Virus record (IMG/VR): IMGVR_UViG_3300010413_000018 | Location: 1-64,000 of that record | Origin: a virus | Direction: 5' to 3' (one strand) | DNA: 64,000 bases | Shown here: positions 43,709-53,887 of the stretch, one piece after another | How positions within the stretch are numbered: the first letter of the stretch is position 1 | How the letters are laid out: each line of letters opens with the position of its first letter | Program-made: the position numbers and the translations under genes | Notes under the pieces: model-generated | The model's input: the letters and a program-made list of their open reading frames with translations, nothing else | The model's database searches: none | What the model was told of the DNA's origin: nothing

Positions 43709-46267
43709 TCACGCTAGTTTGTAATCTTCCAATGAACCCCACGCCGTACCCACCTTCAAATCGGCTACCAAAGGAACACCAGCACTCGGCCAGGACTCCA
43801 TTATCCTAACCGCGTTATAACATACTTCGTCTTTCGCGCTTTCTTCAACGTGAAACATCACGCTGTCGTGCACGGTTAATACCAACTCGGCCGGAACCGC
43901 GTCTTCTTTGAGCCACTTCACCAGTTGCACTATCGACGCTAAACAGAAATCGCTGGCAGTACCTTGCACGGGAGTATTCAACGAAGCGTTCTCCGCGCCG
44001 TTCCTACGTCGGTCATCCGGGTCCGCTATGTTTACTAACGGACGGCGCCGCGCTTCTTGGCCGTCCCACCAAGTGTGGGTGTAACCGGTCTTACGCGCAT
44101 TAATGATCTGTTGCTTGCACCAACGGTTAAACACCGTAAACTGCCCCTTAATGGCGTTAACGATGTTCTCAGCTTCCTGCACGGTGCAGCCAATTTTACC
44201 GGCCAAACCTTTCGGCGTCATCCCATAAATCACACCAAAGTTCGGAACCTTGGCCTTACTACGGTGCTCTTTTGTTACTTCGCTCGGCGGTATACCCCAA
44301 GCCACTTGCGAAATAAGTTCGGCCGTCTTTTGATGATAATCCACGCCCGATTGCCAAATTTTTAGCATCTTAGGATCTTGGCACAACATAGATGCGACGC
44401 GCAGTTCAAGCTGGGAGAAATCTGCTTCCACAAAAATGTAACCTTCACGCGCTACGAACAAATCCCGCGCCATCTTTGACTCTACATCTTTTGGCCGCGC
44501 TATGTTTTGTAAATTTGGGTTTACAGCTGATAAACGACCCGTGCGAGTACCGTCAATCTTAAATGACGGATGAATGCGCTCGTCATCGCAGATATGGCGT
44601 TGGATGCCTTTCGCGAATCCGTGTAACTTTGTCAAACGACGCCATTCTAATAAGTCATCCACTACAGGATGCTGACCTTTTAGGGCTTTCAACGATTCGC
44701 TATCAGTCGACGGACCACCGCTGTTGGTAAGCTTAGGAGGATGCAACCCAATCTTTTTAAACAGTAAAGCGCTCACACTGGCCGGACTGTTGGGTTTTAA
44801 ATCCTTGTACTGAGCAAAGCGATTTTGCACGTCATCCATCTTGGTTTCAAGATGCTTTTGGTAAAGCTTCGCATTCTCCATACTAGTAGGAATACCCCAG
44901 CACTCAATCTGCTTTATTGACTGATTTGCGTCCTTTACTATTACGTCCCAAACGCGCTTTACCGGTGCGTTCTTCTCAAGACGCTTCTCTAAAAGCTCAC
45001 AAACTCTGGCAGTAGATAACGCGTCGCGCGCACAGTAACGAACTAATATCTCCCACGGTAGTAAACCGTACGCGTACGTTTTAGAGCTTTCATCAGGGTT
45101 CTCACACGCAGCTAGAATAAGCGGATCTACTCCGTTGGGATCTAGTAAAAACGAATCTTTATCTTTAATGTACTCACGTCTAGCTTTCGCAATAACTCTG
45201 CACGCTTTAACAAGCGCTTCTTCGGCCTCGCCTTTAATTCCACCCAAACCCACCAGCTCAGCCATCACATCCAAGCTGGCATCAACATCGGCATACAATA
45301 AACGGCGCCACAACCGGCTATCCCCATGGTAGTTGGCTAACTCAGCGCCTAACCCAGAGTCCACCGCATGAGCATCATACTTCAAGTTCTGCCCAACTTT
45401 TTTTACCTGACGATCGTTCAACAGTTTAATCAACGGACCACGCGTAGGCTTACGGATCAAACCGTCACGATCCCAAACAAAAACTTCGTTGGAATACCGC
45501 GCTACTGCCGCGAGAGTAACCACCTGGAACTCTTTCTTGTACATCATCCCAGCGGTTTCTGTGTCAAACGAAAACCACAACTCTTGGCGTAATGCTTCAC
45601 ACGCGTATTCCGCGTCTTGCGCGTTCTCGACCACGTAGCAGTATTCTTCCCAAGGCGGTAGTGCTGGCATCGCGCAGTTTAACGCATAGCGTAGATCACT
45701 TTCAAACCAATTTCGAAGAAACCTATTTCGCATCGCACTGACCGGATTCATCAACTCAAATACCGGTATCGGCGTGCACGTACCATCTATGTCTTCGTTG
45801 TATAGCCAGCCGTACCCGCGCCGTACCGATTGAGCTTGAACCGATCTACCCAAAACGCTATTTATTGCTTTGTTTCCCATAGCAATAACACGCTTTGGTT
45901 GAACTTCGCGAATGGTAGCCGCTAAATGCCCACGGCACGCGGCTAGTTGCTTGTCACCTATAGCAGTGCTTCCTGGCGCGCAACGTATTCCATTATCATA
46001 AGCAACTGGCCCATCAAAGTACGAGTTTACTAATTTTCGTACGTAACGGCCGGCTGGTCCGCTAAACGGTATGCCAGCCCGATCTTCCATTACGCCAGGG
46101 TACTCACCGACGATAAGGATCCCTCCCGGATCTCCTTCTGCCATCATGCAAATGTTTCGCGCTGATTCCCCAAATTTGCATAACTGGCAAGAAGGATCCG
46201 AGTCAATAGGCGTAGCAACTTCAACAGCTGCTAACGGAGTATCTTTATATAACGGAATTTGACGCAT
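43709..46267 (-). CDS. polA: Family A DNA polymerase with N-terminal uracil-DNA glycosylase-like domain and 3'-5' exonuclease
   Basis: GEYPG, PFSGPAG; FDTET, NLKYD, YCARD; TGRLS, ADFSQLELR, KVPNFGVIYG, VHDS. Confidence 0.95.
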   Translation of the reverse strand: MRQIPLYKDTPLAAVEVATPIDSDPSCQLCKFGESARNICMMAEGDPGGILIVGEYPGVMEDRAGIPFSGPAGRYVRKLVNSYFDGPVAYDNGIRCAPGSTAIGDKQLAACRGHLAATIREVQPKRVIAMGNKAINSVLGRSVQAQSVRRGYGWLYNEDIDGTCTPIPVFELMNPVSAMRNRFLRNWFESDLRYALNCAMPALPPWEEYCYVVENAQDAEYACEALRQELWFSFDTETAGMMYKKEFQVVTLAAVARYSNEVFVWDRDGLIRKPTRGPLIKLLNDRQVKKVGQNLKYDAHAVDSGLGAELANYHGDSRLWRRLLYADVDASLDVMAELVGLGGIKGEAEEALVKACRVIAKARREYIKDKDSFLLDPNGVDPLILAACENPDESSKTYAYGLLPWEILVRYCARDALSTARVCELLEKRLEKNAPVKRVWDVIVKDANQSIKQIECWGIPTSMENAKLYQKHLETKMDDVQNRFAQYKDLKPNSPASVSALLFKKIGLHPPKLTNSGGPSTDSESLKALKGQHPVVDDLLEWRRLTKLHGFAKGIQRHICDDERIHPSFKIDGTRTGRLSAVNPNLQNIARPKDVESKMARDLFVAREGYIFVEADFSQLELRVASMLCQDPKMLKIWQSGVDYHQKTAELISQVAWGIPPSEVTKEHRSKAKVPNFGVIYGMTPKGLAGKIGCTVQEAENIVNAIKGQFTVFNRWCKQQIINARKTGYTHTWWDGQEARRRPLVNIADPDDRRRNGAENASLNTPVQGTASDFCLASIVQLVKWLKEDAVPAELVLTVHDSVMFHVEESAKDEVCYNAVRIMESWPSAGVPLVADLKVGTAWGSLEDYKLA

Positions 46268-46271
46268 GCAA

Positions 46272-47066
46272 CTAGTTAGCGATCTGCAATCCTACGGCCG
46301 TCCGACGTACACGACTTTCAAGCTGGCTTTCGTTTATGCGTGACAAAACTGGGCACACTGCTTTATACTGCACCGCTGCCGCTACCACCGCATCGATGGT
46401 TTTGTTGCCGTTGTCTTCAAGAGTAGCTACGACATCCCGCAACGACGTGCACTTCAATAGCTCAGCGATAAGTTTCTCGTCGCCTTCCAACGGCTCCCCT
46501 TCATCCTCTTCCGGAGTTTCTTCCACAGTTTTTACCGGTTCGTCGTCTTCATCTTCTACAATCGACGTATCTTCCGCCAACGGATCGGCCTCTTCTTCTT
46601 CAACTGGGGTTTCCGGCTCTTCAGGACTCCCAACGGACGCTGCTTCTTCTACCGGCTCAGCTGCTTTCTGTTCTTCTTTCTTCGGTCTACCGCGACGAGT
46701 ACGACGCTTTTTCTCTTCAGGTTTTTTATCCGGCTCAGGTTCGTCTTCCTTGGCCTCTTTTTCTGGTTCAACGTAAGTCATCGGAACGTCATCCGGCACG
46801 TCGGTTGTGGTTTCTCCAACTGGAGCATCGGTAGCCACCGGATGCGTAACAGTAGCTTTTACTGCGCCCATTCGTTGGAGCGAATCACGTATTATTCTTG
46901 ACGCTTCTTCCGTGTCATATTTAGATTCGAGCTTGGCTAGAATTTGTGTTACCTCAGCCAACGAATTAACTTGGATCACAATACAACCGTCTTCGTACGC
47001 GATCTTCCGCTCGGTACCAAGAATTTTTGCCGTCCCTGTGAACTCTGTAATTGATTCAATAGCCAT
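46272..47066 (-). CDS. Acidic low-complexity hypothetical protein
   Basis: E/D/P-rich centre; GAGG RBS. Confidence 0.7.
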   Translation of the reverse strand: MAIESITEFTGTAKILGTERKIAYEDGCIVIQVNSLAEVTQILAKLESKYDTEEASRIIRDSLQRMGAVKATVTHPVATDAPVGETTTDVPDDVPMTYVEPEKEAKEDEPEPDKKPEEKKRRTRRGRPKKEEQKAAEPVEEAASVGSPEEPETPVEEEEADPLAEDTSIVEDEDDEPVKTVEETPEEDEGEPLEGDEKLIAELLKCTSLRDVVATLEDNGNKTIDAVVAAAVQYKAVCPVLSRINESQLESRVRRTAVGLQIAN

Positions 47067-47068
47067 TG

Positions 47069-47305
47069 TTAGTCCTCTTCCTTTTCCCAAAGACCGCGCT
47101 CACACGCGATCCATTTTGTGATTATTAAGTTACCGTCTCCGCCTTCCTCGAAAACCTCACTGTCGTCGTGGATTTGGCTCTTCGGAATCCAGTGTTCAGC
47201 GCGATCCTCGTCTTCGCCCAATACGACGAGAATTGCCTTTTCCGTTTCGCGTAAACACTGAGCTTCATCTATTATGACGTTATCGCCATCATATTCATCT
47301 ATCAT
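47069..47305 (-). CDS. Small hypothetical phage protein (ETEKA..WIPKSQ)
   Basis: Motif; start uncertain. Confidence 0.65.
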   Translation of the reverse strand: MIDEYDGDNVIIDEAQCLRETEKAILVVLGEDEDRAEHWIPKSQIHDDSEVFEEGGDGNLIITKWIACERGLWEKEED

Positions 47306-47357
47306 ATCAAGTTGCCCTTTCGTAAAAGTAAATGTAGCAGGCAAGGTCAGGTTTAGC

Positions 47358-48257
47358 TTAACTTTTTTTCCCTGACAATTTATTGTCAATTTTTAATCCT
47401 GCTGCTTTCAAAACCATCGCAAAAAAAGTGCTCTCGTCGTAGTTTCCAGGGTCGGTGTCTGGTCCTAAGCGCAAAAAATTCGTGCGCTTACCAAATAGTT
47501 TTAAATGATGCGCTAAAGCGTGGCTTTCTTCCCACGCATCTCCGTCTAGCACAATCACGATCGGCCGTTCTGTTTTTCTTAAAATTTGTACATGGCTGTT
47601 AGTTGGCTTTCCTAAGCAAGCCACCGCGTTAGGCCAATGTGGTAGTGCGTCAAAAATACCCTCGACTACAATCAATGGGACGCTAGTCTTTTTGTATACT
47701 GCTTCCATGTTAAACAGGATTTCACCACGTGGCATGTGCTTCGGGTATAAGTATTTTAATTCCGGATCTTTAGCCCACGATCTACCAACCCACCCGTACG
47801 GCTGCCCATCAAACACCACCGGAACCACAATTCTATACGCCGCATACCCGCGCACAGATGCTCCAATATTAGCTGCTTCCCACACGGGCTTATCTACGCG
47901 GCGCCGCACTAATTCATCTCGCGCAGGAGCGAATATTGTGGCGGTTGAACCCGGCTCTTTCCACAACGGATAATAACCTTCCGGAAGTTCTAGATTTGGC
48001 GCTTCGGTATCTTCTGGCTCTTCTTCAACTTCAAAGTCTTCATAACCTGTGGGTGGAGTTTTTAGACGTCCGGATGCGTGGCATCTAAAACAATGATAAG
48101 CCCACTCCGTCGCCAAAATACCTAATGCACGCTTTGTATCAGGCGTGCCGACGCGCGCTTCACACAATGGGCAATCGACGCGGTGCCATCCTTTTGTAGA
48201 CGGCTTTGCATACGCAAATGCTGCGGCTACTAATTCTCTATCAGACTGTTTCGTCAT
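47358..48257 (-). CDS. DNA primase (Zn finger + TOPRIM)
   Basis: CPLC..CFRC, VEGIFD, LDGD. Confidence 0.9.
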   Translation of the reverse strand: MTKQSDRELVAAAFAYAKPSTKGWHRVDCPLCEARVGTPDTKRALGILATEWAYHCFRCHASGRLKTPPTGYEDFEVEEEPEDTEAPNLELPEGYYPLWKEPGSTATIFAPARDELVRRRVDKPVWEAANIGASVRGYAAYRIVVPVVFDGQPYGWVGRSWAKDPELKYLYPKHMPRGEILFNMEAVYKKTSVPLIVVEGIFDALPHWPNAVACLGKPTNSHVQILRKTERPIVIVLDGDAWEESHALAHHLKLFGKRTNFLRLGPDTDPGNYDESTFFAMVLKAAGLKIDNKLSGKKS

Positions 48258-50610
48258 CAGCTGCTGCAACTGGAACAATAATAGGAGCTATGCGCCCCAT
48301 ATCAAACTCGTGTGGCAATGGTCCGGCCGTCGTGTCGGCTATGCCTATCCTGTTCTTTAACATGCAAAATTCAAGCTGCGTGCCGTCTTCTTTTTTGTTT
48401 ATTGCTAACACCATATCAGCTACACGCACTTTTTCCTGACTGTCAGCCAAACTATCAATAGTGAGTTTCTTGCGCCCTTTTTCTTTGGCGCGCTGGGGTT
48501 GGCTAGCAGTCCAAACCCACATGTTTTTCTCGACTGCAAAGTGACGTAAGCCTTCGTACACCTTGCTCATTTCACGATAGCTTGAATCATCGGTTTTTCG
48601 CGCCCCCAACTTATCCGCGTAGTCCACCACCAGTAAGTCTACTGGTCGCTTTAAATCTGCTTCGATTTTTTCTACAAAATCCCGGACATCTTCCAGTGTG
48701 GTTACCTTGGGAGTGAATTCCTCAATAACGCAAGTTCCCATTTTCATTGTCGCGGCTTTGGCTTTAGCTTTATCAAGTGAATCCGTCAGTATGTTGTTGG
48801 TCGGAATATCAAAAAGGTTAGCAAACAACCGCGCTAGAATTAACGGTTTAGGGAGTTCCAACGTAATAAACACCGTCAGTAAGTCTGGATTGCGAATTGC
48901 ACACGCCGCAATGTGAGACAAGAAGATACTGTTGTGTGTAACTGTAAAATCATCCAACAAATAGCGTCCATCTCCGTCAAGAGTAAACCCAAAATAATCT
49001 TCTTTTCCACACGGCTTGATCTCGAACCGTGTGTTTTTATAATTTACCCTTTTCGTGTACTTAACGGCTTGCTTCCGCTTAATACGACACGGAATTTTCC
49101 ACACATCACCACCAATATAAACACGATAGTAAGTTCCTACTGCGCCTGTGTTACCGCAAACTTTTTGTACTGCTTTTCCGTATGCTGCTAATCCTACACT
49201 ACGCGCTAAAAACAGCACGTCATTAAATAGTTTTTCTGAAGCTGTTGAATATTCATAACTACGTTTAAACCCACGATATGATCCATCTGTGTCCAACAAT
49301 CCCGCCAATAAGCACAACCTGTCTGCAACACTCGCTACTTTGTATACATGCGGAATGAATTTTTCATGACAATTCTTACGGCGCAATTCGAAACGATCTA
49401 GAGCTTCTAAAATTGGGTTCTTCACCCCTTGAATACCAACAACACCGTATGTTTTTGCTGCACCATTATAGTTGTTTGAACGTAGTGAAACACGCAACCC
49501 ATACACTGTAACAATATCTTTCAAGTAATCTAAAATCTCTTGGTCTGCTGTTGTAATATTCAACGACCCGCTAGTAGTGCTCCCATCTCCTAAAACAACT
49601 CCAAACAGATACGGATCAATAGGAAGCTCCACCCTTCCTTGAAAAGTAGCCGCGCAACGAACCAACAATGACCGTTTCTGCTTCTTCGCCGACCACGTTA
49701 AAAACTCTTTTACACTTACGTCCACCAAAGGCTCTTTACCATTGACCGCTACCGTGAGAATATGATCCAAATTTACTCGCCACGGATCTCCTCTCTTCGG
49801 AACAATTTCTACCATTTCATCGTGGCCGGTATTGGTCTGCAATACTGTCCTAAAACCACTCTCAGGAGCTGCTAATAAATCACCTCTACAAATATCCTCA
49901 ACCTTCTTTATGGAACCATCTGCCATTAATATACCTTGCCCCTTGGCATGGCACTTACCGCCTCCCGGTCCCGCTACCACAACTCCTAACCCAGAACGCC
50001 ATAATCCACCTTCCATCAAAGTTTCAATTTCAGGCACATCAAATCCCAACCGTACTACACTTTGCAGTTGCGAGATTAAATCAAAAGCTCCGGCGCTAGA
50101 GATATCTAAGCCTTTAGTTTCTTCAGTGGCTCCTAAGCGGTCAACGCGTTGTAAAGTCTCGACTGATTGACTGATATCCTTGCGCTTACCAAAAGAATCA
50201 ATTGCTACTTCCAATGCTTCGCGCTGTTTACGGCGCTTTAGAATCGGAATGATCTCGTTGGCGATCTGTTCGAGGTTAGGCTGTTCTTCGTTGTCGTCAA
50301 ATTCATCAAAGAAATCCAGACAAGCGTTTATTTCTTCTTGAGAGACAGAACCCTCTTCCCGCATGCGATTCAACCGTTGAATCACGATAACGTCGCTGGA
50401 AGGTCCGGAACCGGTCTCGTTCGCTATTACCTGAGCGGTCTGCATCAGGCGTAAAGCAACGTCATCCTTGAGAGCGCTCGGCTCGATGTAATTTCCTATG
50501 CGATTGTAAAGTTTGGGTTTACGACAAAGCGACACCACCATGTCGCGCTCGAAGTCTGGGTCTAATCCGTAAAGTTCAACGTCTTTCTTACGCTTTACTC
50601 CCATGGGCAC
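48241..50610 (-). CDS. Replicative DnaB-like helicase with intein
   Basis: Walker A GPGGGK|S split by intein, ITLE, VVDYAD, TASQ, KNR. Confidence 0.9.
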   Translation of the reverse strand: MPMGVKRKKDVELYGLDPDFERDMVVSLCRKPKLYNRIGNYIEPSALKDDVALRLMQTAQVIANETGSGPSSDVIVIQRLNRMREEGSVSQEEINACLDFFDEFDDNEEQPNLEQIANEIIPILKRRKQREALEVAIDSFGKRKDISQSVETLQRVDRLGATEETKGLDISSAGAFDLISQLQSVVRLGFDVPEIETLMEGGLWRSGLGVVVAGPGGGKCHAKGQGILMADGSIKKVEDICRGDLLAAPESGFRTVLQTNTGHDEMVEIVPKRGDPWRVNLDHILTVAVNGKEPLVDVSVKEFLTWSAKKQKRSLLVRCAATFQGRVELPIDPYLFGVVLGDGSTTSGSLNITTADQEILDYLKDIVTVYGLRVSLRSNNYNGAAKTYGVVGIQGVKNPILEALDRFELRRKNCHEKFIPHVYKVASVADRLCLLAGLLDTDGSYRGFKRSYEYSTASEKLFNDVLFLARSVGLAAYGKAVQKVCGNTGAVGTYYRVYIGGDVWKIPCRIKRKQAVKYTKRVNYKNTRFEIKPCGKEDYFGFTLDGDGRYLLDDFTVTHNSIFLSHIAACAIRNPDLLTVFITLELPKPLILARLFANLFDIPTNNILTDSLDKAKAKAATMKMGTCVIEEFTPKVTTLEDVRDFVEKIEADLKRPVDLLVVDYADKLGARKTDDSSYREMSKVYEGLRHFAVEKNMWVWTASQPQRAKEKGRKKLTIDSLADSQEKVRVADMVLAINKKEDGTQLEFCMLKNRIGIADTTAGPLPHEFDMGRIAPIIVPVAAADDETV
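48931..49953 (-). mobile_element. Intein with LAGLIDADG homing endonuclease (341 aa)
   Basis: Starts CHAKG, ends VTHN before Ser; LFGVVLGDG and LLAGLLDTDG motifs. Confidence 0.92.
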
Positions 50611-50725
50611 GTTCCTATCCGCGTGTTAGTCATCCAAATCGTCTCTAGCAACTCCGCAAACGATGAAGAGTCCCGATACCCTCGGATTGGCGAACGAACG
50701 CCGTCAGGTCGGTGTTTTGTCCAGG

Positions 50726-51571
50726 TTAGGTCCATATCCATTCCCCTTTGAGCGCACGCTTTTTGAGTTGTGCGTGATACGCATCAATTTCTTGTTGCAC
50801 AGTCTTAAGTAAAAGTTTGTAGTTTGTTGGGAAAAACCGATCTACTACCGCGTCCACGGTCGCTTGGGTAGGATCCTCAAGCTGAGCGAGCGCATGGCGC
50901 ATGCTGTAGTGATCGTAAATTAATTTCTTGTGAAGCGGAGTGAAAATTGTTCTACCTTCTAAACCGTAGCTTTCGCGTACTGCGTTGTACCATCCACCGC
51001 GTTTTTCCAAGCGACTGTGAGAAAATACCCAGTTGAGTGGTGGTACTGCGCTTTTGGCTTTCTTCCGGCGCTTATTGCACTTCTCACCGTCGGATTGTTT
51101 TGTCAGCATAGCTTCCATTCGGCGATAACTGAAAATAATCCACGAAGCAGGTTGAACTGAAAACTCTATCATCAAATCCGCAGCGCGTAAAAGTATTTTT
51201 CTATTTTGCTTAATCGGATCGAAGTATGTCTCAGTTTTTCCCTTCTTTAGCTTTCGCGATCGGAACGGCCAATAAATTTTTCCAGTCAGGTACTCAATGG
51301 TGTTACGCCATGTCATTGCCATAAATGCAACTTTGGCGTCGTCGCTCCATGTTGGATCAACAAACGGCGGCGACGGAACGCGGCACCATCGCACCAACGG
51401 CCAAGGCGGAATGTCCTGGTACTGATTCCAAGCTTTACGCTTTGAGGCGGGTCGTGGGCCTGGACGGCCAATCATGGTGGTAGCGGTGGCACTCGTGGTG
51501 ATTAGGCCAGCACGGGTCAAGGTGGAGGTGAGTTTTTTAGAGTCTACGTTGTGTAAGTCGTTGGATGACAT
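50726..51571 (-). CDS. Hypothetical replication-region protein
   Basis: 281-aa ORF upstream of helicase. Confidence 0.65.
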   Translation of the reverse strand: MSSNDLHNVDSKKLTSTLTRAGLITTSATATTMIGRPGPRPASKRKAWNQYQDIPPWPLVRWCRVPSPPFVDPTWSDDAKVAFMAMTWRNTIEYLTGKIYWPFRSRKLKKGKTETYFDPIKQNRKILLRAADLMIEFSVQPASWIIFSYRRMEAMLTKQSDGEKCNKRRKKAKSAVPPLNWVFSHSRLEKRGGWYNAVRESYGLEGRTIFTPLHKKLIYDHYSMRHALAQLEDPTQATVDAVVDRFFPTNYKLLLKTVQQEIDAYHAQLKKRALKGEWIWT

Positions 51572-51604
51572 TGAAGTCAGCTTAAATCATTTCTCTCGTC
51601 GTAC

Positions 51605-51790
51605 AAAAAAAGACGGGCTAGCACCTACATGTAGGTGCGCAGCCGTTCTTTTTTATTTGTAAAAAAGACTGACTCGACTTAAGAATTTAAATTATATTAA
51701 TACTTAATAATTAATTCTTAAATTTCGCGTAACGCGCACGCGACATTATAGTATTAGTGAGCGCCGTATTTAAGTTTAAAACTTAACAGG
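51605..51790. other. Palindrome-rich, AT-rich intergenic region (origin/regulatory candidate)
   Basis: Perfect 18-bp palindrome GCACCTACATGTAGGTGC (51621-51638); TTAAGAATT..AATTCTTAA (51679-51721). Confidence 0.45.
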
Positions 51791-51791
51791 A

Positions 51792-52004
51792 TTACTGCGT
51801 GGCTAGTTTGTTGATACGCTTTACCTGAATTCGCTGAATTTCTAGCTTTTGAATATCTTTAAGCCTAAACAAGATATGTGTTTTGAATTTGTACGATCTT
51901 ATTGCTCCTTGGCTTACAAGTTCACTTAAATTTTTTCTTCGTATGTGCAGTATTTTTGCTGCTTCTGCGGAATTAATAAGGGTGTACTGTGTATTTATTA
52001 TCAT
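51792..52004 (-). CDS. Excisionase-like HTH protein
   Basis: SAEAAKILHI..LVSQGAI. Confidence 0.75.
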   Translation of the reverse strand: MIINTQYTLINSAEAAKILHIRRKNLSELVSQGAIRSYKFKTHILFRLKDIQKLEIQRIQVKRINKLATQ

Positions 52005-52027
52005 AGCATTACTGCTCTTTCTGTTTA

Positions 52028-53458
52028 TTAAGAGGGCTCCGGCGCATCAGTTTTAGTGACACTCAACGCTGAAATCACAGTGACGTCGTGGCCTTCGCGC
52101 TCATATGCATTCTTCCTAGCGTGTGAATGCTTAATCAACATGCGATTGCCTTCGTCAATAAAATCCCAAACTTGAAACGTGTTGCCTTTACCTTCTGCAG
52201 TTCGCATTCCCCGGCCAATACGCTGTAAGGTGGCGATCACACTTTTACCTGCTGCCGCGACGATCACAGATTTGAGTTCTGGTATGTCGGCGCCTTCTTG
52301 TAGTACCACTGAACAAATCAACACATCTATGTCTGCGCGCACTAAACGTTCAATCGCGGCTATTCGACTGGGAGTCATGGTAGTGCCCCATACAAATTCC
52401 GCGTTTAAACCGGCCTGTTGAAACCGTTGCAGTAGGGCTTTACCGTGCTTTATTTCTTTTACAAAAACGAGCGCTGGCTTGGCAGCTACTTGCGCAACTT
52501 GGGTAATGATTTGATTGCGCTTAGTGTTGCGCACGATGCCTTCACCGTACGCTCCTTGAAATGTAGGCGCGCGGCTTACGGCTGGAGCTTTTACCATTTT
52601 GATATCAGGCTTGGCTAGCAACCCACGCTCAATCAGTACTTCAGGTCTAAGCCTATAGATAACTGGTCCGAGTGTTCCAATTGCGAGTAAACTTCTACGG
52701 TCATCGCGCGCTAACGGTGTTCCTGAGATTCCAATGCGATAGTACGCGTTTGGTATTTGGCGAGTAACTTCGTAAAACGTGTCAGCAGCGACAGTGTGGC
52801 TCTCATCAATAATTACACCTTGAATGCCTTGAAGAAACTTTCTTGCGCGTATTGTTTTTGGATTGGTAGAGTTTTTTGGTTCGTCTTTAAGCGCTCCATG
52901 TAGTGTTTGAAAAGTGGCTGCTGTAAACCGTTCTTCTTCCCAACGGCCGTCTCCGATTCGGCCCACTACCGCTCCAGTACGCTTTACGTAACGATCGGCT
53001 GCTTGGTGCATTAGGTTTTCACGATGCACAAGAAAAAGCCAGCGACATGGAAAAGCAACCGCTAGGCCTACTGCTATTTCTGTTTTTCCCGCTCCAGTCG
53101 GAAGCCACAGAATACCGCGAGTACGTTTAGCTGCTGCGCGGACAGCAATAAACTGATAGTCACGAAGCCAATTTAAATCAGCGCTAGTGTCGCGAGTAAT
53201 AGGTTTGATACGTAGGTCTATAACATTTACGTCGAAGCCTTGGTCTTTCGCGGCTTTATAAACCATTTGAGTGAATCCGCCAGGAAATGTCTTAGAAAAT
53301 AAACTGTAAAGATGGCGCCGCGTATCACCGCTTTTGGTGAATTTTTTGTTCCAAAAGCGCGCTTTAGCGTCGTCAAAAGACAGGTATTCGTAGAGCCAAG
53401 CAGTTTCATCTTCGTTGGCAACTACTTTTGTTAAAAGATTAGAAAGTGTTAGTTGCAT
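52028..53458 (-). CDS. Superfamily 2 helicase (UvsW-like)
   Basis: PTGAGKT, DESH, SGT, QRIGRGMR. Confidence 0.92.
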   Translation of the reverse strand: MQLTLSNLLTKVVANEDETAWLYEYLSFDDAKARFWNKKFTKSGDTRRHLYSLFSKTFPGGFTQMVYKAAKDQGFDVNVIDLRIKPITRDTSADLNWLRDYQFIAVRAAAKRTRGILWLPTGAGKTEIAVGLAVAFPCRWLFLVHRENLMHQAADRYVKRTGAVVGRIGDGRWEEERFTAATFQTLHGALKDEPKNSTNPKTIRARKFLQGIQGVIIDESHTVAADTFYEVTRQIPNAYYRIGISGTPLARDDRRSLLAIGTLGPVIYRLRPEVLIERGLLAKPDIKMVKAPAVSRAPTFQGAYGEGIVRNTKRNQIITQVAQVAAKPALVFVKEIKHGKALLQRFQQAGLNAEFVWGTTMTPSRIAAIERLVRADIDVLICSVVLQEGADIPELKSVIVAAAGKSVIATLQRIGRGMRTAEGKGNTFQVWDFIDEGNRMLIKHSHARKNAYEREGHDVTVISALSVTKTDAPEPS

Positions 53459-53460
53459 TT

Positions 53461-53868
53461 TTAGCGGTTGCTGCCGTACATTATGCGCTGATATAGCTTC
53501 GGTATTGCTTGATATTGTTGTGCAAGTGATTGGGTGTCAATGTAGCGTTTAAGCTGCATCTTTTCTTTCACTAAAATGGACTTGACTACCTTTTCTCCGA
53601 TTAAACGGTGGATGAATTTTTCGTCACGTTTAGTTCTTTTTGCTGCTTCGCTAACCGAAATGTAGCCGATTGGAATTTTGGTTGGTGCGTTGAGTTTGTC
53701 TACTAGTGATTTTTTTATAAGCCGTTGGTTGGCGACTTCGATAGAGGTTATTTTTCCATTTTTAACCCAACGCCAAACGGTTGAAAAAGCAACATCAAGG
53801 ACGATGGCTGCTTCGGAGATGGTGTAGTAGTTCGCGGTAGCGGGTAGCTCTAGTTTCTTTTTTGGCAT
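53461..53868 (-). CDS. Tandem HTH DNA-binding protein
   Basis: YTISEAA..TVWRWVKNG and ISVSEAA repeats. Confidence 0.8.
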   Translation of the reverse strand: MPKKKLELPATANYYTISEAAIVLDVAFSTVWRWVKNGKITSIEVANQRLIKKSLVDKLNAPTKIPIGYISVSEAAKRTKRDEKFIHRLIGEKVVKSILVKEKMQLKRYIDTQSLAQQYQAIPKLYQRIMYGSNR

Positions 53869-53887
53869 GTTTTCACCTTTACCTGTA

